Source: Oscillospiraceae bacterium
GTDB taxonomy: Bacteria > Bacillota > Clostridia > Oscillospirales > CAG-272
DNA: 64,000 nt
NCBI GenBank assembly: GCA_015063535.1
Contig: SVTY01000002.1
Location: forward strand, 16,034 to 80,033
Direction: 5' to 3'
The position numbers and the translations under genes were made by a program. Below are positions 57,469 to 64,000 of this stretch, one piece after another. Position 1 is the stretch's first letter. Every line of letters starts with the position of its first letter. The notes below the pieces were generated by a model that worked only from the letters and a program-made list of their open reading frames with translations, was not told the origin of the DNA and did not search any database.

Positions 57469-57497
57469 ATAAAGGAATCAAACGCAAGGGGGATATC

Positions 57498-58355
57498 ATG
57501 AAGCGATCGGCGGAGGAGCTGTTGCGGGCATTTGCCCGAACGACGAATATGAGTATTTCTCTTTATGACAGAGGGCTTCACGGACTGTTTGGAAGTTCCG
57601 GCGGTCAATCGTCTCGGTTATGCTCCATGATTCATCGCTGTGAAGCCTGCCTGGGGCAATGTATCGAGTCGGATCGAGCCGCACGAAGCTTATGTCCCGA
57701 TTCGGGAGAGGCTATATCCTATCTATGCCCCTTTGGTATGTGTGAGATCATCGTAGCAGTTCGACAGAGCGGTTCTACCGTTGGCTACCTTCTTGCCGGA
57801 AAATCTCTGCCCGTGGGGGAGGATGCCGAGGATCGAGTGCGAGCGGCAGTGGCACCGTATCGGAAGGAGATCGGTAGCATGCCTCTTTTGGAGGAGGCAA
57901 TACAACAGGTTCCCCGCCATACACCCGACCAATACGATGCTATTTGCCGTATGCTGGAGGTCTTGGCGGAGGTCATCAGTGCGGATGATCTGTTTTTGGG
58001 ACAGGATGTGCGATTGCCCACCCTGATCCACCGATATTTGAAAAAAAATTATTACACACGGATCACGTTGCCGGAGCTGAGTGTATTGTTTCACTGTAAT
58101 ACGGTCACCCTCAGCGAAAAATTCCGTCGGGAATACGGACGAACGATCATTGAAGAATTGACAGAGATCCGATTGTCGCAGGCGAAAAAGCTGTTGGCGC
58201 AGACCGATCTTTCTGTGGAAGAGATCGCCGAGCGTTGCGGATTTTCGGAGCGGCGGTATTTTACCAAGTGCTTTCACCGCGCCGAAGGATATTCCCCCTC
58301 TCAGTGGCGGCTTATTCACGGAGACGATCGAAAATCAGCCTTGCCGGAATGGTAA
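57498..58355 (+). CDS. AraC family regulator with N-terminal PocR-like sensor domain
   Basis: 285 aa. A Cys-rich sensor ('CSMIHRCEACLGQC', 'YLCPFGMCEIIV', 'GYLLAGK') plus the AraC HTH ('GFSERRYFTKCF'). Confidence 0.75.
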   Translation: MKRSAEELLRAFARTTNMSISLYDRGLHGLFGSSGGQSSRLCSMIHRCEACLGQCIESDRAARSLCPDSGEAISYLCPFGMCEIIVAVRQSGSTVGYLLAGKSLPVGEDAEDRVRAAVAPYRKEIGSMPLLEEAIQQVPRHTPDQYDAICRMLEVLAEVISADDLFLGQDVRLPTLIHRYLKKNYYTRITLPELSVLFHCNTVTLSEKFRREYGRTIIEELTEIRLSQAKKLLAQTDLSVEEIAERCGFSERRYFTKCFHRAEGYSPSQWRLIHGDDRKSALPEW

Positions 58356-58404
58356 AAACCGATCACGTTGTGGATATTGTAACAGATTTTTCTCTCTTTG
58401 ACAA

Positions 58405-58440
58405 GGGAAAATCCTAAATAATAGGGGGAAAATTCTAAAT
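58405..58440 (+). repeat. two direct 15-mers GGGAAAATYCTAAAT spaced 21 bp
   Basis: 58405-58419 and 58426-58440, about 20 nt upstream of the mnmG ATG. Confidence 0.7.
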
Positions 58441-58459
58441 TCTGTTAGAAAGGAAAAAG

Positions 58460-60322
58460 ATGTCAGAATATACAGATATTGCCATAATTGGGGCGGGACA
58501 TGCGGGAATCGAAGCGGCGCTTGCCGCCGCAAGGACCGGGTCGGATACGGTTCTGTTTACCATGTCTCTTGAATCCATTGCCAATATGCCCTGTAACCCC
58601 TCCATTGGTGGCACAGGAAAGGGACATTTGGTCTATGAGATCGATGCTTTGGGGGGGGAGATGGGTCGTGTTACCGATCTGGTCACGCTGCAATCCCGTA
58701 CGCTGAATCTGGGAAAAGGGGCGGCGGTCCATTCCAAACGGGTACAGGCAGACCGAAAGGCGTATCATCGCTTGATGAAGCAGGTCTTGGAGACCACGCC
58801 GAATTTACGCTTGATTCAAGCCGAGATCGTGGAAATCGGTGTAGAAAACGGACAGGTCGTGTCGGTTACTACCCGCTTGGGAGAGCTTTGGCGTTGCCGT
58901 GCAGCCGTGATCTGTACGGGAACCTATTTGGATAGCCGTATTTTTGTGGGTGACGTGAATTATGAAAGCGGCCCCGACGGATTTCTTGCCGCCAAGGGCT
59001 TGTCGGATTGCTTGCGTGGGTTGGGGCTTCGGCTCATGCGATTCAAAACGGGAACCCCTGCCAGAGTGAATCGGCGTTCCATTGATTTTTCTGTGTTGGA
59101 GCGACAGGACGGAGAAACTCCCGTGATTCCCTACTCGGTTCTGACTGACGAGACATTTTTCGACGAGATTCAACAGCTTCCCTGCCATATTGTTTACACG
59201 AACGCCGAGACACATCGGATCATTCGGGAAAATATCACCCGCTCTGCCATGTATTCGGGGCAGATCCACGGAACGGGACCTCGGTATTGCCCTTCTATTG
59301 AAGATAAGCTGGTGCGTTTTGCGGATAAAGAGAGACATCAGCTCTTTGTGGAGCCTGTGGGAGCGGATACGGAGGAAATGTATTTGCAGGGCTTTTCCAC
59401 TTCCCTACCCGTGGATGTTCAGCACAGGATGCTCCGTTCTCTGCCCGGCTTTGAGCGGGCGGAGGTCATGCGGTATGCCTATGCGATCGAATACGATTGC
59501 CTTGATCCGACACAGCTCTATGCCTCGCTGGAGTGTAAGGAGATCCAAGGTCTGTACGGAGCGGGACAGTTTAACGGTACCTCGGGCTATGAGGAAGCGG
59601 CGGCACAGGGCTTGATTGCGGGCGTGAATGCTTCCCTGAAGCTGCACGGTAAGAAACCGTTGATCCTGAGCCGCTCGGAAAGCTATATCGGTACTTTGAT
59701 CGACGATCTGGTGACAAAAGGAACCAATGAGCCCTACCGTATGATGACCTCCCGCTCGGAATATCGGCTTCTGCTCCGTCAGGACAACGCAGATGCTCGC
59801 TTGACACCCAAGGGATATGCGGTTGGTTTGATCGACGAGAAACGATATAACCATTTTTTGGAAAAACAAAAGCAGGTGCGGCAGGAGCTCGAACGGATGG
59901 AAAAAACACATCTTTCTCCCGAACGTTGCAATCCGTTTTTAAGCTCTTTGGGAATGACCTCTGTTAATAGCGGTGTTTCTTTGGCGGATCTGCTCCGCCG
60001 TCCTGATATGACTTATGCGGCATTGGCTGCATTGGATTCAGCACGCCCTTCCCTTCCCCTTCGGGTTGTGATATCGGTGGAGGTTTCGATCAAATACGAG
60101 GGCTACATCAAAAGACAGTTGGCGGAGATCCGTCGGCATGAGAAGCTGGAGCAAAGACTGCTTCCGGAGGATCTCGATTATGCCGCTATTCGGGGTCTTC
60201 GATTGGAGGCGGCACAAAAGCTGGCACAGATCAAGCCCTTGACGGTCGGGCAAGCCTCTCGGATCAGCGGAGTGAATCCCGCAGACATTTCGGTTCTTTT
60301 GATTTATTTGGGAATGCATTAA
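58460..60322 (+). CDS. mnmG: tRNA uridine 5-carboxymethylaminomethyl modification enzyme MnmG (GidA)
   Basis: 620 aa with FAD motif 'IIGAGHAGIEAA' and 'GPRYCPSIEDK'. Confidence 0.95.
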   Translation: MSEYTDIAIIGAGHAGIEAALAAARTGSDTVLFTMSLESIANMPCNPSIGGTGKGHLVYEIDALGGEMGRVTDLVTLQSRTLNLGKGAAVHSKRVQADRKAYHRLMKQVLETTPNLRLIQAEIVEIGVENGQVVSVTTRLGELWRCRAAVICTGTYLDSRIFVGDVNYESGPDGFLAAKGLSDCLRGLGLRLMRFKTGTPARVNRRSIDFSVLERQDGETPVIPYSVLTDETFFDEIQQLPCHIVYTNAETHRIIRENITRSAMYSGQIHGTGPRYCPSIEDKLVRFADKERHQLFVEPVGADTEEMYLQGFSTSLPVDVQHRMLRSLPGFERAEVMRYAYAIEYDCLDPTQLYASLECKEIQGLYGAGQFNGTSGYEEAAAQGLIAGVNASLKLHGKKPLILSRSESYIGTLIDDLVTKGTNEPYRMMTSRSEYRLLLRQDNADARLTPKGYAVGLIDEKRYNHFLEKQKQVRQELERMEKTHLSPERCNPFLSSLGMTSVNSGVSLADLLRRPDMTYAALAALDSARPSLPLRVVISVEVSIKYEGYIKRQLAEIRRHEKLEQRLLPEDLDYAAIRGLRLEAAQKLAQIKPLTVGQASRISGVNPADISVLLIYLGMH

Positions 60323-60344
60323 CAAAAGCTATGATTTTTAAACA

Positions 60345-60360
60345 TGTTTCACGTGAAACA
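60345..60360. other. parS site 1
   Basis: Perfect palindrome TGTTTCACGTGAAACA between mnmG and rsmG. Confidence 0.9.
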
Positions 60361-60377
60361 AGCAAAGGATAAGAAAA

Positions 60378-61106
60378 ATGACAGAACAAGAATTTATGGA
60401 GGCATGCGAGCGAAGCTTTGCGCAGAATCATTTTGCTTGCTCTGCGAAACAGGCAAAGCAGCTATATGTGTTGACTTGCAGGATGCTGGAGGTCAACAAA
60501 AGCATGAATTTAACCGCAATTACCGACGAAAAAGAGGTGATTTTGCGGCATTATGTCGATTCCTTGACGGTATCGGCGCATATACCGCAACATGCGAGGG
60601 TGATCGATGTGGGATGCGGAGCCGGCTTCCCTTCTCTCCCCCTGGCGATCTTTCGCCCCGATCTGACCATTCTTTCCTTGGACGGAACAGCCAAACGGAT
60701 CGCATATGTAGCTGAAACTGCCCGTTTGTTGGGATTGGAACGATTGGAAGCGGTAGCGGGACGTGCGGAGGAGCTTGCCAATTCTTCTGCATATCGGGAG
60801 AGCTTTGATGTGGCTACTGCCCGTGCTGTGGCTTCCTTTCCGATTCTATGCGAGCTTTGCCTGCCCTTCGTTCGGGTTGGCGGTCAGATGATCGCCATGA
60901 AATCCCAACAAGCAACCGAGGAGCTGATGGCGGCAAAACACGGCATTTCCCTCTGCGGCGGTGGAAATACGACGGCAGTCTCCTGCGATCTTGTTTCCGA
61001 TTCGAGCGAAATCGAGCATCGAACCTTAATTTTGATTAAAAAAATTGAAGAAACTCCAAAAAAGTATCCCCGACATTTTTCTAAAATCTCTAAAAAACCC
61101 CTTTAA
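60378..61106 (+). CDS. rsmG: 16S rRNA (guanine527-N7)-methyltransferase RsmG (GidB)
   Basis: 242 aa with the SAM motif 'VIDVGCGAGFPSLPLAI'. Confidence 0.92.
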   Translation: MTEQEFMEACERSFAQNHFACSAKQAKQLYVLTCRMLEVNKSMNLTAITDEKEVILRHYVDSLTVSAHIPQHARVIDVGCGAGFPSLPLAIFRPDLTILSLDGTAKRIAYVAETARLLGLERLEAVAGRAEELANSSAYRESFDVATARAVASFPILCELCLPFVRVGGQMIAMKSQQATEELMAAKHGISLCGGGNTTAVSCDLVSDSSEIEHRTLILIKKIEETPKKYPRHFSKISKKPL

Positions 61107-61129
61107 AACTCTATTTCCCATTCAATCAC

Positions 61130-61161
61130 CCGACCCGATCTGTCATTCGGGTCGGTTTTTC
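61130..61161 (+). terminator. intrinsic terminator of rsmG
   Basis: CCGACCCGA TCTGTCAT TCGGGTCGG TTTTT. Confidence 0.75.
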
Positions 61162-61253
61162 TATCTCCAACCTCCTAAAAAAACATTTTCGGACACCCTT
61201 TCTTCGATGGCTTTTTTATTCCCCGTGTGATATAATAAAAGGCAGAAACGGAT

Positions 61254-61269
61254 TGTTTCACGTGAAACA
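61254..61269. other. parS site 2
   Basis: TGTTTCACGTGAAACA, about 18 nt downstream of a TGATATAAT extended -10 and 16-28 nt upstream of the noc-like start. Confidence 0.9.
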
Positions 61270-61296
61270 ATTCAAAAAGAAAGGATGGGTAAATGT

Positions 61297-62166
61297 ATGA
61301 CAGATCTGAAAGTGTTTAAAAAAACCAAGTCTGATGCGGAACAACTGGGAACGCCGGTCGTTCAAATCAAAACCGATGATATTCGTCCGAATCGAGCACA
61401 ACCGAGAGCAGAATTCGAACAAAATTCTATTATTCGGTTGGCGGATTCCATTCGTCGGTATGGGATCCTGCAACCGTTGACGGTACGGGTGTCGGATCCC
61501 GAGGATATCTACGGATACGAGTTGATTGCAGGAGAGCGACGGCTTCGAGCGGCTAAAATGTTAGGATATTTGACCGTTCCGTGCGTGATCATGGAGGTGG
61601 ACGAACAAACCGCGGCGGAGCTTGCTATTATCGAGAATCTGTTGCGTGAGGACTTGAATATGTTTGAACAGGCGTATGGGTTTAAAAAGCTGATCGAAAA
61701 TCATCATTTGACTCAAGAAGAGGTGGCACGTCGCATGTCATTGAGCCAATCTGCGGTGGCAAATAAGCTACGTTTGTTGCGATTATCCTATGAAGAACAG
61801 CGTTTGATCTTGGAGTCGGGCTTGACAGAACGGCATGCACGGGCAGTTTTGCGATTGGAACGGCCGCCGAAGCGGCTAAACGCACTTCAGCATATTACCG
61901 ATCACAAGCTGAATGTTCAGGCTTCGGAGCAATACATAGAAGAGCTTTTGGCGGAGGAAGAGCTTCGCCGTCGGGCGATGGAACGGATTTCGTCAGGTAG
62001 TAGGACGGTCAGAACCGATGTCTTTCAAGGGGAAAAAGAGATGATGGAAATGGTTCAGGTTTTGCGGCGACGTGTCGATTCTTGGAATAAAAGCGGTAAA
62101 CATGTTTCTATGGATGTGACAAACGGACAGAAAAGCGTTGAAATTTTGATTCGATTGGAAAAGTAA
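61297..62166 (+). CDS. noc: ParB-family protein, nucleoid-occlusion (Noc)-like
   Basis: 'IRPNRAQPR', 'YELIAGERRLRAAK' and the HTH 'TQEEVARRMSLSQSAVANKLRLLRL'. It lacks the N-terminal GLGRGL peptide. Start is 61297 or 61285. Confidence 0.8.
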   Translation: MTDLKVFKKTKSDAEQLGTPVVQIKTDDIRPNRAQPRAEFEQNSIIRLADSIRRYGILQPLTVRVSDPEDIYGYELIAGERRLRAAKMLGYLTVPCVIMEVDEQTAAELAIIENLLREDLNMFEQAYGFKKLIENHHLTQEEVARRMSLSQSAVANKLRLLRLSYEEQRLILESGLTERHARAVLRLERPPKRLNALQHITDHKLNVQASEQYIEELLAEEELRRRAMERISSGSRTVRTDVFQGEKEMMEMVQVLRRRVDSWNKSGKHVSMDVTNGQKSVEILIRLEK

Positions 62167-62171
62167 CGGGA

Positions 62172-62187
62172 TGTTTCACGTGAAACA
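62172..62187. other. parS site 3
   Basis: TGTTTCACGTGAAACA, 5 nt after the noc-like stop. Confidence 0.9.
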
Positions 62188-62206
62188 ACGCCTGTGCGGA
62201 TCAATA

Positions 62207-62222
62207 TGTTTCACGTGAAACA
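62207..62222. other. parS site 4
   Basis: TGTTTCACGTGAAACA, 19 nt after site 3. Confidence 0.9.
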
Positions 62223-62267
62223 CACGGAATAATCTAAATAAAATTTAAAAAAATCATAGCAAAGCCC

Positions 62268-62296
62268 TTGCATTGCAGGGGCTTTTGTGTTATAAT
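62268..62296 (+). promoter_or_regulatory. sigma-A-type promoter of parA
   Basis: TTGCAT, 17-nt spacer, TATAAT, with an extended -10 TGT. Overlaps the hairpin AGCCCTTGCATTGCAGGGGCT. Confidence 0.5.
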
Positions 62297-62388
62297 AATG
62301 GTGAATAAAGAAAATTTTGCGGTCTGTCCGAAAAATGGATCGCAATCGGTTAAAAATTGCGGAGAATCCGCAAAAGAAAGGAACAAGT

Positions 62389-63150
62389 ATGGGAAAAATT
62401 ATCTCATTTGCAAACCAAAAGGGCGGTGTCGGTAAGACGACCTCCTGTGTCAATATTGCCGCATCTCTTGGTATGCTGGGGCATAAGGTGCTGATTATCG
62501 ACCTTGACCCTCAGGGAAATACCACCAGCGGCGTGGGTGTGTCCAAAAAAGGCTTGAAGGCATCGACCAAAGAACTGTTGACCGGTGAAAAAACGGCGCA
62601 GGAAGTGATCGTGGAGACCCCGTATCAAAATTTGTCCGTGGTGCCTACCAATACCTCCTTGGCGGGAGCGGAGTTTGATCTGTTTGATTTTGACGAAAGC
62701 GAATTTCGCATGAAAACTGCTTTGGCAGAGGTGAAAAATGACTATGATTACATTCTGATCGACTGTCCGCCGTCGCTTGGAATGTTGACCATCAATGCCT
62801 TTGCGGCAAGCGACGGCGTGATCGTTCCAATGCAATGCGAGTTTTATGCGTTGGAGGGCCTTTCTCAGTTGATGATCACCATCAATCGGATCAAACGGCT
62901 GTATAATGCCGATCTGACGGTCAGCGGCATTCTCATTACCATGTACAACAGCCGCTTGCTGCTGTCCATGCAGGTGATCTCCGAACTGCAAAAACACTAT
63001 GCGGATAAGCTGTTTGAGACAAAAATATCCCGAAATGTCAAGCTGACAGAGGCGCCCGGCTTTGGAAAGCCTGCTTATTATCACGATAAAAATTCCAAGG
63101 GTGCCAAGGAATACATAGAGGTCGCAAAAGAGCTTGTAACTCGGATTTGA
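62389..63150 (+). CDS. soj: ParA/Soj chromosome partitioning ATPase
   Basis: ATG at 62389 with RBS AAAGGAA. Deviant Walker A 'NQKGGVGKTT' and 'IDLDPQGN'. Confidence 0.93.
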   Translation: MGKIISFANQKGGVGKTTSCVNIAASLGMLGHKVLIIDLDPQGNTTSGVGVSKKGLKASTKELLTGEKTAQEVIVETPYQNLSVVPTNTSLAGAEFDLFDFDESEFRMKTALAEVKNDYDYILIDCPPSLGMLTINAFAASDGVIVPMQCEFYALEGLSQLMITINRIKRLYNADLTVSGILITMYNSRLLLSMQVISELQKHYADKLFETKISRNVKLTEAPGFGKPAYYHDKNSKGAKEYIEVAKELVTRI

Positions 63151-63164
63151 CGGGAGGAAGAAAC

Positions 63165-63398
63165 ATGGCAAAAAAACCGTCCGGCTTGGGCAGAGGCTTG
63201 GGAGAGCTGATGGAGGACAACGCCCCGGAGATACACGGCGGAGGAACCGTGGTCAAACGGGAAGGCGCCGAATCCATTGTGATCACACCTACCTCGGGAG
63301 GCCCTTTGGATACGGCACAGGTCAAAAAGCCCAAGGGCTTATACGATGATCTGCCAAAAACCAACAGTCTGAAGGCAAATTTTAAAAATTTTAAGTAA
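63165..63398 (+). CDS. 77-aa protein consisting of a ParB-type N-terminal ParA-interaction peptide plus an unrecognised tail
   Basis: ATG at 63165 with GGGAGGAAG 4 nt upstream. The N-terminus 'MAKKPSGLGRGLGELM' is present, but no ParB-box, HTH or dimerisation region follows. Confidence 0.45.
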   Translation: MAKKPSGLGRGLGELMEDNAPEIHGGGTVVKREGAESIVITPTSGGPLDTAQVKKPKGLYDDLPKTNSLKANFKNFK

Positions 63399-63423
63399 AT
63401 TTAAGAAAGATAGGATGGAGAAA

Positions 63424-64000
63424 ATGGCAAAGAAAACCGAAGGAAGAGGACTCGGCAGAAGCTTTTATGACATCATGGGCGACAATGTTCTGGATGGCAA
63501 ATCGGGGGCAGGGGAAACTCTGCGGATCTCCGACATTGAGCCTCGGAGAGATCAGCCCAGAAAGACCTTTGACCGTGAGGCGTTGGAGGTTCTTGCCGAT
63601 TCGATCGGCACATACGGCGTCCTGCAGCCCATTATCGTGCGGGAAAATGCCACGGTGTCGGGTACGTACGAGATCATTGCGGGAGAACGGCGGTGGCGTG
63701 CCGCAAAAATGGCGGGACTGTCCGAGATCCCGGCTGTGGTATTTGACGGAGATGAGCTGAAGGCGGCACAGGTAGCCTTGATTGAAAACATTCAAAGAGA
63801 AGATCTGAATCCTGTGGAGGAAGCCATGGGATACGGAGCGTTAATCGAGAAATTCGGTCTGACACAGGATCAAGTCGCCAAGCAGGTGGGACGGAGCCGT
63901 TCGGCGGTTGCCAATATGCTCCGCCTGTTGGATCTGCCCGATGAGGTATTGGAGATGCTTCGGGTGGGGGATCTTTCTGCCGGTCACGCCAGAGCCTTGC
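63424..64000 (+). CDS. spo0J: ParB/Spo0J chromosome partitioning protein (3' end beyond window)
   Basis: Not in the ORF track because no stop lies inside the window. My translation from ATG 63424 gives 'MAKKTEGRGLGRSFYDIM...ISDIEPRRDQPRK...YEIIAGERRWRAAK...IENIQREDLNPVEEA...QVGRSRSAVANMLRLL'. Confidence 0.9.
   Translation, partial: MAKKTEGRGLGRSFYDIMGDNVLDGKSGAGETLRISDIEPRRDQPRKTFDREALEVLADSIGTYGVLQPIIVRENATVSGTYEIIAGERRWRAAKMAGLSEIPAVVFDGDELKAAQVALIENIQREDLNPVEEAMGYGALIEKFGLTQDQVAKQVGRSRSAVANMLRLLDLPDEVLEMLRVGDLSAGHARAL

Overview
This window covers the replication-origin region of a Clostridia-type (Firmicutes) chromosome. All homology calls come from remembered family motifs, not searches, and start codons were chosen by RBS inspection. 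The core block is dnaA, a DnaA-box/AT-rich oriC, dnaN, recF, remB (DUF370), gyrB and gyrA. It is followed by a lipoprotein gene, a DUF4091 gene with a divergent PocR-AraC regulator, then mnmG, rsmG, noc-like, parA and parB (cut by the window end), with four perfect parS palindromes. The 45 kb left of dnaA is mostly housekeeping and sugar metabolism:
- trmK, nif3, rlmD, proB, nth, glcK, purC, eda, kdgK, two RluA-family genes, murA, zapA and tcdA
- two very large secreted, membrane-anchored proteins
- a T-box-controlled ABC importer
- a copper P-type ATPase

Two AT-richer islands look accessory. One is a DUF559 endonuclease gene closed by ~56-bp inverted repeats (3.87-4.39 kb). The other is a convergent type II R-M pair at 39.1-42.3 kb: an MvaI/BcnI-family nuclease plus a 726-aa HTH-MTase-MTase fusion.

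The most unusual signal is non-genic. A modular, BOX-like family of intergenic repeats occupies at least seven spacers, including dnaA|dnaN, recF|remB and gyrB|gyrA. Its modules are an octamer tandem, an A/T palindrome with covarying outer stem, an AAAAGAAAAC block, a 55-bp tandem unit, a 70-bp double hairpin and TGTAGGG hairpins.

Other points worth follow-up:
- a second DnaA-box cluster 15 kb from oriC
- a 77-aa ORF between parA and parB that carries only the ParA-activating N-terminal peptide
- an in-frame copA-copZ fusion that keeps an internal SD
- about 80% of genes left of oriC lie on the strand that would be head-on to replication

No rRNA, tRNA, CRISPR array, transposase or integrase was recognised.
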